Below are positions 20,663 through 30,116 of a DNA stretch of 60,054 bases, piece after piece (the stretch's first letter is position 1; each line of letters begins with the position of its first letter). The stretch is taken from positions 1 through 60,054 of the IMG/VR virus record IMGVR_UViG_3300032092_000031, one strand, 5' to 3'. The DNA is from a virus (lineage: Duplodnaviria > Caudoviricetes). The translations under genes were made by a program, and so were the position numbers. Below the pieces are notes generated by a model. The model saw nothing but the letters and a program-made list of their open reading frames with translations, had not been told where the DNA came from and did not search any database.

Positions 20663-22051
20663 TTATGGCTTCACAACTACGAATTGGTTAGCTGCGAATG
20701 TACGAAGACCTGCAGAGCAAGCGTGGCTGATAACTAAGTTCAACTTATCAGAAGTTGGAACTTTAGCAAGACCACCAGTTTCCCATACTTTCAACTCTTT
20801 ACCTGGCTCGATTTCGTTGTAAACAACTTGTAAGCTAGGAATGTTGTCGCCTGTACGAGCATCTCTGTTAGATTTCATAGGAGCCAAGATACCGAAGTTC
20901 TTGTACTTCTCTGTAGCAGGAGCTACACCGTATACAGCTTCAGCGTTGAATCCTAAGAACTTCTTAAGGTGGTAAGTAATACCATCAATCTTGATGCTAT
21001 CAAAACCATACTTAACAGCTACATCATTGCTACCACCTACTGCAGCCCACTGGATTGCACCATTTTGGTATTTAGCGAATAATGCATCATCAATCTTGCT
21101 ACGTAAGTAGCTATCCATCAAGAAGTGATACTCAGAAGCACCACCGTTGAAGTCTACTAAACGGCTAATTGCATGGAAATCTTCGATATCGAATACGCTA
21201 TCAGAATTCCACTGATGAGTTTGACCACGAGACTCGATAGTAGGGATAAGACCGCTAGTACCGTTATCGCCTGCACGGCTGTTAGTTGCTTGAACACCGA
21301 AAAGTAAAGTAAACTCTTTATTGTTTAAGAAACGATTAACCGCTTCTTTAGCACCTTTACGAGTATATTTCGCTTCGCCATCAAAGCTAACCCAAAGCTC
21401 TTGCATCATAGCCTTGTCAGTGATTTCGAAATCTTCACGAATCATAGTAGTCGTGTTAGTGTAACGATTTACTAATTCTGTTTGAGAATCAACTTTAGTT
21501 GAAGCCTCACCAGAAAGAGATGCGCCACGGCCTAATAACCAGCTACCTGAAGGTAAGTTAGTTGAGTTAAGAACGTAAGTGCTTTGTAAAGGAACAACTG
21601 TCATAGTGTGAGCACCTGCGGTTGCTTTGTTTACAGCTACGCATTTTACTAAAATACCTGTTGCTGCGATTTCATAAACTTCACCTACACGGATTGGAGA
21701 CTCTGCACCTGATGTGTTAGGGAAGTGAGAAGCTGCAGTAATGGTGATTGTAACACCTTCGCCTGCTTCGATAGTAGTATCTGCATCAGAATAAGCTGCA
21801 GTTTCTGCCGGAGCACCTGTAGTCTGTACAGCGAAATGACGCTTACCACGACTCTCATAGTGACCGAATTCTGTAGCTTGTACTACTTGTTTGTTACCTA
21901 GCATTTCTAGGATTTGAGTGTAAGATTGAGCGCCATAAGCCTCAATAAATTGGTCGTAGTTCTGTGGCTTCAATAAAGACAATGCGGTTACGAACGCTTG
22001 CGATACTGCTCCACCTTGAGGAACTACTCCACCTGGTTGTAATGTTGCCAT
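20663..22051 (-). CDS. Major capsid protein
   Basis: 462 aa after portal and acidic scaffold; N-T-MIREDFEIT, E.TLLFG, GLIPTIE and terminal GLRTFAANQF fit an HK97-fold MCP; high-expression codon bias; followed by a terminator. Confidence 0.85.
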   Translation of the reverse strand: MATLQPGGVVPQGGAVSQAFVTALSLLKPQNYDQFIEAYGAQSYTQILEMLGNKQVVQATEFGHYESRGKRHFAVQTTGAPAETAAYSDADTTIEAGEGVTITITAASHFPNTSGAESPIRVGEVYEIAATGILVKCVAVNKATAGAHTMTVVPLQSTYVLNSTNLPSGSWLLGRGASLSGEASTKVDSQTELVNRYTNTTTMIREDFEITDKAMMQELWVSFDGEAKYTRKGAKEAVNRFLNNKEFTLLFGVQATNSRAGDNGTSGLIPTIESRGQTHQWNSDSVFDIEDFHAISRLVDFNGGASEYHFLMDSYLRSKIDDALFAKYQNGAIQWAAVGGSNDVAVKYGFDSIKIDGITYHLKKFLGFNAEAVYGVAPATEKYKNFGILAPMKSNRDARTGDNIPSLQVVYNEIEPGKELKVWETGGLAKVPTSDKLNLVISHACSAGLRTFAANQFVVVKP

Positions 22052-22070
22052 TTTAAAATTATTTTATTTA

Positions 22071-23216
22071 TTAAAAATTAAAGATTTTTTGAGACGCATT
22101 TCTCACTTCATCATTCGCTGCTGGGTTAGCTCCAATGCTAGGCTTAGATGATAAGTCTATTCCTTTTATTGATTTTAACCAATCTAACTTAGCCTTAGAT
22201 ACAGCCTGTGTTACAAGAGAGTTGATTATCTTATCTCTATTTTGCAAGAAGTATTTATCTTCTGCAATCTGTCTGGTATCATATTGGTCATCCTTGACGT
22301 ATCTGTTACCGAAATAGTCAACAAGGTCAAAGTCGTTTAACTCCTGCTTTAATGCAGTCTTATCCTCATCAGGGATAGAGAATTTGGCGTCAATAGAGAC
22401 TTCCTCGTCTTTGTACTTAACTTCAAATCCATTAAACTCATTTAGCCCTTTATCAACTTGTGATAGGTACTTTTCTCTCTCAGCTTTCGCAGTCTGTTCT
22501 GACTTAGTTTGCTCAGATTGAATATATTGATTTACATACTCCTTTGGGTCTACTACCGAAGCAAACTCTTTTGCCTTCGATAGAATGTCAGGGAAGCTAA
22601 TTTCTTTCTTATATGAAGAAAGCGTTTCTTTAGCAACTCTAGCATCTTTTTTAAGTTCTCTTTCTATTCGCTTAGATTCCTTCTCTACTTTTTTATTATA
22701 AGCAGAAAGCTCGTCTTCGCTCATATATTCTGTGTCCTCTTTTGGTACACCGTATCTAGAATCAAACTCCTCGTAAATTTCTTCTGGAGTTAAATCTGGA
22801 TACTGATATGCTAGAGCCATCATTACTGCATCTGAATCATTCATTTCTGATAGATTAGATAATAGCTTCTGCTCATAAAGCATATCGGATACTGAAGCAT
22901 AATCTCCGCTTATGAGGTTTTCATAAATAGTCTTAGATTCTTCATTATCCCATTCAAATTCAAAAGACTTAGTTTCAAAATCAACCGAACTTCCTGAATC
23001 GCCATCTTTGCTCGTAGAGCCTTCTTGTCCATCAGAAGATTGACCTTCTAATGATTGACCTTCAGTTGATGCAGTTTGATTTCCTTCTCCTTCGCCTTGT
23101 GTTTGGTCTTGTGATGTGCTACTAGTATCTTGACTGCCCTCAGCGTTATCTGTCATAGATTCTGCTGACATAGGCTCACTAGAATAGCCATCAATGTCAA
23201 AGATGTTTTTATCCAT
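22071..23216 (-). CDS. Capsid scaffolding protein
   Basis: 381 aa; very acidic low-complexity N-terminus, helical; between portal and MCP. Confidence 0.7.
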   Translation of the reverse strand: MDKNIFDIDGYSSEPMSAESMTDNAEGSQDTSSTSQDQTQGEGEGNQTASTEGQSLEGQSSDGQEGSTSKDGDSGSSVDFETKSFEFEWDNEESKTIYENLISGDYASVSDMLYEQKLLSNLSEMNDSDAVMMALAYQYPDLTPEEIYEEFDSRYGVPKEDTEYMSEDELSAYNKKVEKESKRIERELKKDARVAKETLSSYKKEISFPDILSKAKEFASVVDPKEYVNQYIQSEQTKSEQTAKAEREKYLSQVDKGLNEFNGFEVKYKDEEVSIDAKFSIPDEDKTALKQELNDFDLVDYFGNRYVKDDQYDTRQIAEDKYFLQNRDKIINSLVTQAVSKAKLDWLKSIKGIDLSSKPSIGANPAANDEVRNASQKIFNF

Positions 23217-23232
23217 GTTACTTTTGTTTTAG

Positions 23233-23240
23233 CAAAGGTA
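23233..23240 (-). promoter_or_regulatory. -7 promoter element TACCTTTG for scaffold/capsid operon
   Basis: TAnnTTTG 16 nt before ATG 23216. Confidence 0.65.
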
Positions 23241-23243
23241 TAA

Positions 23244-25610
23244 CTATTCAGCCATTCCTTCATTATCTTGCTCTTCAACTTCCATCTCTTCTCCCATTTC
23301 TTCTCCTTGCATTTCTTCTTCCATATCCTCTCCCTCCATTTCTTGAGCTTGCATTTCCTGCATCTGCTGCACTTGTTGCTGCTGAATAGCTTGTTCTTTG
23401 GCTTGTTTTTTAGCCATATAAGAATCAACAATCATTCTTAATTCAGGGCTTAATGTGCTTCCTGTTTCAAATGATTTAAGTAATATATTTTGAACGAACT
23501 CTTGTTCTGCCATCTCTGCTTTCATAGACATCTCTATCTGAATAAGGCTAGCCTTAGATTGAGATTGCATCTGCTGTAATTGAGCATCAGATTGACCCTT
23601 AGCCTGAATAGACTTTTGTTGTGCTTCTGCGTTCATTTGAGAGTTCTGTTGAGCTATCTCCATCTGCTCTCTCTGTCTTCTTTTCTTAGACTTAGTAAGG
23701 TACATTTCAGCTAACTTAACATTCTCTATGTGTCTTATTTTAAATGCATCTTCAAATTCTATCTGTTGAGCAGATAAAGCGGTCTGAATCATAGCTTCTA
23801 AATACTGCTTATCTTTTTCATCAGGAAGAACTTGAATCTTAATATCAAACTTCTTATCCTTAACAGATTCTCCCATATACTCTCTGTACTGCTCTCCACC
23901 GTACATTGTAGCATCGTAGATTAAAAGACTTGCTTTAAATGCTGTCTGATTAAATATAGATAAGTATCCTTCGTATATGAAATCAGTTGCATTATTAGAT
24001 ACAGCTATTTGAGCTTGTGCTACACCTACGCCCATTCTTGGGTTTACTGAAGCACCTTCTGCAACCTCGTTCAAACCTATCTCTGCTCTAAGTCTATCTA
24101 AATAGAAATTATAAGTAGCTTGTAATTGTTGTAATTGAGCTGCACCACCGCTATTTGGAAGTTCTTGGAATGGAAGACCATTTGACCTTTCACCTTCCTC
24201 GTTCTTACTCTTATAGTATAATACACCTGTTTGGTCGTATACCGCTTGAGCATCTAATGGGGTTGAACTCTTACCTTGACCTAAGTCCATATCTGTTAAA
24301 GCATCTACATCAACAGCTACTCCTGGAGGTCTCATTTTAGCAACTAATTGCTGAATCTTTAAGTGAGCCAATGTCATCTGACGAATAGAAGTTTCCATTC
24401 TTTCAGGTATTGGCATATTCTCTAAATCAAGATTCTCATACATGTAAAGAGAGTAACTGAAATAAGCGTCTGCCATTTCTTTAACAACAGATGGCTTAAT
24501 CATATTCTTTTGAATACCCCAATGCAACATCTTATCCATGCCTAGCACATATACTCCATGGTATATAACGAACATGTCCTTGGTAATCAATTCTTTATTC
24601 TCTGAAACCTTTGTGGGTCTTTTGTCTTTTCTTTCTACGATTAGGTTACCAAACTTATTGGTTTTAGCTTGATACATTAAAGAATCAATAGTCCTAATCT
24701 CAAAGTCAATAACCTCAACAGTCCAATCATCATAAGGTCTGTCTACTTCGTATCTATATCTTTCTTGCCAACCTAAAGAAGAGTTTCTATTCTTACCGCT
24801 TTTAGCTAGTTTGAATAATTCATCTTCGCTCATATTTGGATACTCGTTTCTGATTTCTACAATCTTTTTAGAAACAACCTCTCCTATAAAAGATAGGTCT
24901 CTAAAATCATCATACTCAGAAAACGAGTAAATCATATTTTCAGGAACAACTCTCTTAATCTTTACTTGACCATTAGGAGCAACATACGTTTTAGTACCTG
25001 CTATACCCACTTCAATTAAATCCTCAAGTAGCTTTCTTTTAATTACCGGCCATGTATTCTGATGTAGAACAAAGCTCACACCTTGCTCAAACATAATCTC
25101 TTCTGGGGTTTGATAGTCAGAGAAGAATAATTCTAACTCATCTTCATCTTCAGGGGTAAATCCTTTAGGCATTAACTCAACCTGGAACTGCTGCTCCATT
25201 TGAGCTACTTCAGCTCCCTGATTCATTCTGAACTCAGCGTTCTCTCTTTCTATCTTTTTTCTTTCTGTAGAAACAGGGTCTACGGCAGATGCTCTCACTT
25301 TCTCTTCTCTCTTCATGAATCCGCCTATCATTACCTGTATGAACTTAGGGGCGATAGCCGGAGCCTTCATGTCTAGGTTAACGAAAGCCTCTTTACCATC
25401 AATGTTTAGATAGTCAAGGTATTCTTTCATTGGCTGACGGCCACGAGAGAAAGCTCTGTTCTTGATGAACTTTTTATTCCTTCTAGAGAAGAATCCCTCG
25501 TTAAATGCCTTTTCTAATATCTTTGCAACCTTGAGTCCTTCAGAGGCCTCACGCTTCAATGCGCCATTAGTCAAATGGAAGTTTAGAATCTTTTTATCGT
25601 CTAAGTTCAT
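23244..25610 (-). CDS. Portal protein
   Basis: ~788 aa directly after TerL; Q/E-rich coiled C-terminus. ATG 25610 preferred because the track's TTG at 25628 lies inside a -7 element (25626-25633). Confidence 0.85.
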   Translation of the reverse strand: MNLDDKKILNFHLTNGALKREASEGLKVAKILEKAFNEGFFSRRNKKFIKNRAFSRGRQPMKEYLDYLNIDGKEAFVNLDMKAPAIAPKFIQVMIGGFMKREEKVRASAVDPVSTERKKIERENAEFRMNQGAEVAQMEQQFQVELMPKGFTPEDEDELELFFSDYQTPEEIMFEQGVSFVLHQNTWPVIKRKLLEDLIEVGIAGTKTYVAPNGQVKIKRVVPENMIYSFSEYDDFRDLSFIGEVVSKKIVEIRNEYPNMSEDELFKLAKSGKNRNSSLGWQERYRYEVDRPYDDWTVEVIDFEIRTIDSLMYQAKTNKFGNLIVERKDKRPTKVSENKELITKDMFVIYHGVYVLGMDKMLHWGIQKNMIKPSVVKEMADAYFSYSLYMYENLDLENMPIPERMETSIRQMTLAHLKIQQLVAKMRPPGVAVDVDALTDMDLGQGKSSTPLDAQAVYDQTGVLYYKSKNEEGERSNGLPFQELPNSGGAAQLQQLQATYNFYLDRLRAEIGLNEVAEGASVNPRMGVGVAQAQIAVSNNATDFIYEGYLSIFNQTAFKASLLIYDATMYGGEQYREYMGESVKDKKFDIKIQVLPDEKDKQYLEAMIQTALSAQQIEFEDAFKIRHIENVKLAEMYLTKSKKRRQREQMEIAQQNSQMNAEAQQKSIQAKGQSDAQLQQMQSQSKASLIQIEMSMKAEMAEQEFVQNILLKSFETGSTLSPELRMIVDSYMAKKQAKEQAIQQQQVQQMQEMQAQEMEGEDMEEEMQGEEMGEEMEVEEQDNEGMAE

Positions 25611-25630
25611 TAAAATGTATTTGTGCAAAG

Positions 25631-27640
25631 TTAAAGGTTTAGTTTATAAGATTTTATAGGCACTTTGCGAACCTTAATCTCTTCTTTTCTCATTTCTACA
25701 GAAACTCCTGCTAGTAAGGAAATCATAAAAGCAACAGTTTTATCGAAAGGTGTTCTATTCTCGTGGTCATAGTTCAATAACTCCTCTAGTAGTTCCCTGT
25801 AAAATATCTTATGACAATGAGTTTCAATGTAGTTGATACATGTCTCTAATTGCCTAGCCAGGGCAAATGGGTCTCTAGAAGCTACTCCGTATGTTACATT
25901 TCCTGTCCTCTTCTTGTTCCTGTCTATCGCAGCTTGTGGTGTTTTAGATAGATACTCCGAGTATCCTCTATCCCTGAAATAGTCAACATAGTCATCACCT
26001 ACGTCATTCTCATAATTTGCTTTCATTCCCCATAGAACACAAGCCTTTAACATTTCCTCATGTAGCATTGACTTTTGTCTCGGCCTTCCATAAAACTCCG
26101 CAACAGCCATTCCAGTATTCTCTGGGTCATTTGGGTCTAATCTCTTAAATACATAAGCTGCTGCCATAGACCCCTTTCCTGATATTATCGTAGAACGATA
26201 CGGGTCAATACCATTACAGAATATGTGCGTGTTTGCCGGAATCCTCCTGTCGTCTAGTTTCTTGTTTTGAAGTTCCTTTTCGGGTATCTCGTAAACAGAC
26301 CACATTCCTTCTTTATCATCTGACCAATCCACAACTCCTTCTGACTTCCAGTATAGCCTTATCCTTCTTGGAATAACTCTATCCTGTTCTATTTTTTCTA
26401 TTTGATTGTATATCTTTTCAGAGTTAAAGTAGCATCTCTTTTGGTCAATCATGAATGCCTCTTCTTCTGTGAATGGGTTCATTCTTATCTCTTCCGCTAA
26501 TAATGTAGGGTCAGATATTAGTGACCTTTGTCTCATTAAGAAATCCTTAGCTCCGCAATCTATATTCATGCCTAGCTTTTCCTTGATGTACTTTTTCTGC
26601 TCAGGTGTAGGATTTTCTATTATTGATTTGCCGTACCTATCTATAAAACCTTCATACCCATCATAAGCAGGACAGAAGTATCTATAAAGCCCCGTAGCAG
26701 TATATTCATTTTCAAAGTGATTTGATTCGTCAAATAGTTTCTTATATGGCTCACCACCTGATTTAGAATCGTTGGCAGTAGATGGCATCAAACAGAATCC
26801 TACTCTAAACGCACCCTTCCCCAGGGTCTTCTTAACGATAGGCCAATACTGATTAATAGGAACTTCTGCCGGATACTTACCACCCTCATCTACTAGTAGA
26901 GCGGTTACCCTTCCTGAATCATAAGAATTAAGTGCAGTATTCTTCCAATTTATCTTTGATTCAATACCAATGTCATCATCAAACATTTGACCCTTCTCTC
27001 TTACTTTTATCTTTCTGCTTTTCTTTTCCCTGAATACAAGTTCGGTCTTTGTGTCTTCATCTTCTGCTCTTGGCTTAAGATAAACAGGAAGGCTCCTGTA
27101 TCCGTTCATTACCATGTATATAAATGCGTCACTCGCATCTTTACCTGTTTTAGAGACTATACCACAGAATGATTTCTTCTTTGTAATTGATTTCCATACA
27201 AGATAACATGTAGCCTGTGATGTGGCACCCTCTCTACGCTTCTTTATTCTGACAATGCCAAAGCAGTGATTTAATGTTTCGCAGTGGTCTTGATAGTAAA
27301 ACCATCTTCTATCTACCTCTCTATAATCTGGTTTGCTACCATCTTCTAGTGTCCAATAGTTTAAGTAGAAATAATGAAGTCCTGTTATATATGTCGGCTC
27401 TCCATTATTAAAAAACCAATAGCCTTCATTTATTCTTTTGATTTCCTTTACAATAAACTCCTCTTGTTGTTCGTTATATATGGCGTTACCATTATCATCA
27501 AACTCCACATCTCTTAGATAGTCTGGTAGTTGTGTTAGCCTGAAATATTGGTCTTCTTTATCCAATTCGCTATTGCCTATTTCTATTAGCTTAGGCTTTT
27601 CAGGTAGTTCGTATTTTATGCCATATATCTCTTCTATCAT
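25631..27640 (-). CDS. terL: Terminase large subunit
   Basis: Walker A-like KKRREGATS, Walker B LLVDEGGK, coupling motif MPSTAN, RNase H-like nuclease GIDPY...YEND...FDKTVA. Confidence 0.92.
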   Translation of the reverse strand: MIEEIYGIKYELPEKPKLIEIGNSELDKEDQYFRLTQLPDYLRDVEFDDNGNAIYNEQQEEFIVKEIKRINEGYWFFNNGEPTYITGLHYFYLNYWTLEDGSKPDYREVDRRWFYYQDHCETLNHCFGIVRIKKRREGATSQATCYLVWKSITKKKSFCGIVSKTGKDASDAFIYMVMNGYRSLPVYLKPRAEDEDTKTELVFREKKSRKIKVREKGQMFDDDIGIESKINWKNTALNSYDSGRVTALLVDEGGKYPAEVPINQYWPIVKKTLGKGAFRVGFCLMPSTANDSKSGGEPYKKLFDESNHFENEYTATGLYRYFCPAYDGYEGFIDRYGKSIIENPTPEQKKYIKEKLGMNIDCGAKDFLMRQRSLISDPTLLAEEIRMNPFTEEEAFMIDQKRCYFNSEKIYNQIEKIEQDRVIPRRIRLYWKSEGVVDWSDDKEGMWSVYEIPEKELQNKKLDDRRIPANTHIFCNGIDPYRSTIISGKGSMAAAYVFKRLDPNDPENTGMAVAEFYGRPRQKSMLHEEMLKACVLWGMKANYENDVGDDYVDYFRDRGYSEYLSKTPQAAIDRNKKRTGNVTYGVASRDPFALARQLETCINYIETHCHKIFYRELLEELLNYDHENRTPFDKTVAFMISLLAGVSVEMRKEEIKVRKVPIKSYKLNL

Positions 27641-28155
27641 ACGTTCTTTTTCATATACTTAATAAAAGAGTTTGCGGTCTTTGTACCAAGAGGTGTTATA
27701 AAGTATGTTTTAGCGTTCTCTATGTTCTTATGTTTTCCGATGTAGTTATTTTCCATAGCGTACCTGATAAATATAAAATAAGAGTTGCTATTAGCTATTC
27801 CGTCTTTCATATAATCAGAGTAACAGAATCTTTCATAGCACGATGCCCATATTAATATTCCCATATTGTATATACTTACACCTGTAGCTTTTTCTAAGTT
27901 ACGAGTAAATAGCATATACCTAGAAATAGTCTTTGCGTCATGCGTGATATTAACAGGTGCAAATCTCTTTATCCTAGCCTCTTTCCTATATCCTGCACTC
28001 CTTTCTACTAGCCTCTTTTGGTCTAGCTTTAATAGACTTAACTTTTTAGAAAGGTCAGAAGCCTTAGCTTTGAAGTGCTCTAATCTATTGAGCAAATCTT
28101 TCGATGATGGATTTGCTTTTTTTGATGTCTTCTTCTTTGTTTCCTGTAAGTCCAT
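27637..28155 (-). CDS. Basic protein with probable C-terminal winged HTH
   Basis: K-rich coiled N-terminus; C-terminal YFITPLG (wing-like); overlaps the terL start. Confidence 0.45.
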   Translation of the reverse strand: MDLQETKKKTSKKANPSSKDLLNRLEHFKAKASDLSKKLSLLKLDQKRLVERSAGYRKEARIKRFAPVNITHDAKTISRYMLFTRNLEKATGVSIYNMGILIWASCYERFCYSDYMKDGIANSNSYFIFIRYAMENNYIGKHKNIENAKTYFITPLGTKTANSFIKYMKKNV

Positions 28156-28393
28156 TATCTATTCTTAGTTTTTTTAGAACATCGTTAATGTCGCCTATTG
28201 AGCTAAACAGTTTCATGATTCTCTCCCATGTTCCATCGTCTTTGTTATCTAGGCTTATTTGAGATAGGTCAGTTGCGTCTAATAGTTTATTAATCTCCAT
28301 TAGCTTCTTTTGAAGCTGATAGTAAGAACCAATGATATGGTCTTTTTCAATAATCTCTATTATCTCTTTTAAACTATCCTTATCACTTTTCAT
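28085..28393 (-). CDS. Hypothetical protein, possible terminase small subunit
   Basis: 102 aa helical protein upstream of terL, ending IIERFAQ. Confidence 0.4.
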   Translation of the reverse strand: MKSDKDSLKEIIEIIEKDHIIGSYYQLQKKLMEINKLLDATDLSQISLDNKDDGTWERIMKLFSSIGDINDVLKKLRIDNGLTGNKEEDIKKSKSIIERFAQ

Positions 28394-29006
28394 AGATTAC
28401 ATACTTTGTTTTGTCAAACTTCTCTATTGCTACAACATCTCTAACCTTTACTCTTATTAGATACTCTAATCTTCCGTTATTATTGTATGGCAGTTCATAA
28501 TCAGACATCGTGTAGCAAATGGCTATATCTCCTTCTTTGATGTCTTCGTTAAAGCCTATCTCTTTAACTAGGAACTTATTATGAATATGCTTCTTCTTGG
28601 TATGTTCAGTATATATAACAGATTTTTCTTTTACCTCTTCTAGCCTATCTACCAATAAGTATCCATCAAAAGGATGAGGCACTCCATCTATTACATAAGC
28701 ATATACTTGAGCCGCGTCAATAGAGTATATATCATACTTCCCGTATTTAACAGGAAGACATGTTTCTTTGATACAGGCATTGTGGTTTATGACAATCATA
28801 GTACCACTCTTTACATTCTCATAATCATGCATAATGATTCCGAATGTATTTTGAGACATCTTACCATCCCAGTCAAACTGACGCTCAACTTGAATAGATA
28901 CTCCGTCTGCTAGTTTATGTTCTTTCTTCTCATCGTAGTTGACTCCTACGAGTACCTTACCCTTCAGTGGTTTCAGGCTCTGTAGCGTAATCTTCTCTGA
29001 GTCCAT
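28383..29006 (-). CDS. GroES/Cpn10-like protein (tandem domains)
   Basis: LKPLKGKVLV...LADGVSI N-terminus and second half PFDGYLLV...IKEGDIAI...LIRVKVRDVVA resemble Cpn10. Confidence 0.55.
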   Translation of the reverse strand: MDSEKITLQSLKPLKGKVLVGVNYDEKKEHKLADGVSIQVERQFDWDGKMSQNTFGIIMHDYENVKSGTMIVINHNACIKETCLPVKYGKYDIYSIDAAQVYAYVIDGVPHPFDGYLLVDRLEEVKEKSVIYTEHTKKKHIHNKFLVKEIGFNEDIKEGDIAICYTMSDYELPYNNNGRLEYLIRVKVRDVVAIEKFDKTKYVIYEK

Positions 29007-29256
29007 ATTGTAGATTTAATTGGTTAAAATATTTCTTTGCTGCTGATTTTGAAACTTTGGCGTGCTTTCTAAATAGGATAATAGTTTGCTCTCTCCAATC
29101 CTCGAACTGCTCTTTGGATTTGAATGTATAATACTGAAACCATTGTTTCCCTTCTATTATGGGATTTTGTGAGATATGTAACATGCTTACACCGTATGGC
29201 TTAAGCATATACTCTATAGAGGCGATAACAGCCTCGTTTAATTTATCTTGCTTCAT
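28957..29256 (-). CDS. Hypothetical protein
   Basis: 99 aa ORF preceded by -7 element TATCTTTG (29271-29278). Confidence 0.65.
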   Translation of the reverse strand: MKQDKLNEAVIASIEYMLKPYGVSMLHISQNPIIEGKQWFQYYTFKSKEQFEDWREQTIILFRKHAKVSKSAAKKYFNQLNLQYGLREDYATEPETTEG

Positions 29257-29287
29257 ACTTTGATTTATAGCAAAGATATGAATATAT

Positions 29288-29614
29288 TTACTTGAAACGC
29301 TCTCCTTTGCCGGAACTTTTTCCGTCTCTATAAACTTTAGAGCCCTTAGACCATAGGTCGTGGTATGCCCACCAACCTGCTGTTAACTTTGATGAGTTAG
29401 CTTCTTTAGCGTGACGCTTTCTATATTGTTGTCTAGCTTCGTCTGAGTAGTTTGAAGAATAACCTTTAGCACCATATCTAACAAGCTTAACCTTATCGCC
29501 TTCTTTAGCTAGCACCATTCTCTTATGTGTACTATCGTCAGACGGCTTAGGCTTGTTGAATTCAGTGAATCCGTATCTTTTCTTTAGTTTACTTAGTCTA
29601 TCTAGGTTTATCAT
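29288..29614 (-). CDS. Small basic phage protein (DUF5754-like)
   Basis: KLVRYGAKGY...YRKRH...TAGWWA..LW motif. Confidence 0.6.
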   Translation of the reverse strand: MINLDRLSKLKKRYGFTEFNKPKPSDDSTHKRMVLAKEGDKVKLVRYGAKGYSSNYSDEARQQYRKRHAKEANSSKLTAGWWAYHDLWSKGSKVYRDGKSSGKGERFK

Positions 29615-29733
29615 CTTCCTTGACCTCTATATTTTTTTGGCTTAGGTGAATGCTTATTGTAAGATTTCTTGGCAGAACCGCCTTTTCTCTTCCCAAAATT
29701 AGTTTTTACGCTATCGCTTTTTACCTTCGCCAT
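29611..29733 (-). CDS. 40-aa basic peptide ending KKYRGQGR
   Basis: Read by hand: MAKVKSDSVKTNFGKRKGGSAKKSYNKHSPKPKKYRGQGR; its stop overlaps the next ATG. Confidence 0.65.
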   Translation of the reverse strand: MAKVKSDSVKTNFGKRKGGSAKKSYNKHSPKPKKYRGQGR

Positions 29734-29822
29734 TTGTTAAAGTTTGTTAAAGTTACTATTTATTTCAAATTCATTATCTAATATTGCTTTATAAGCTTTT
29801 ATTAAAACAAAAATATTTTACC

Positions 29823-30116
29823 ATGACACAAGAAATCGTAGGATTCCTTCCATTAGCACAAGACACAGTAGATGAGTTATTTTGGATATGCGTTGATATC
29901 ATGACCATTATCGGAGATTTAACAGGACTAACTTATAACGAGATAAATGTCCTAGTATTCTGCTTTATATGGCCGGCTCATACAATGTATCTATTTTTTC
30001 TTTCCTACAGGTCCAGAAGACTTCTTCTTAAGCAATCCGGCAAATCCACCAGTAGAACCAGGGCTTTGTTTCCCTTCCTCTACAGGTTGTTCAACCTGCT
30101 TCGCTTCAGATTGTAA
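29823..30116 (+). CDS. Small membrane protein counter-oriented in the late arm
   Basis: ATG 29823; hydrophobic GLTYNEINVLVFCFIWP segment; fills an otherwise empty gap; 3' end overlaps the convergent gene. Confidence 0.55.
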   Translation: MTQEIVGFLPLAQDTVDELFWICVDIMTIIGDLTGLTYNEINVLVFCFIWPAHTMYLFFLSYRSRRLLLKQSGKSTSRTRALFPFLYRLFNLLRFRL

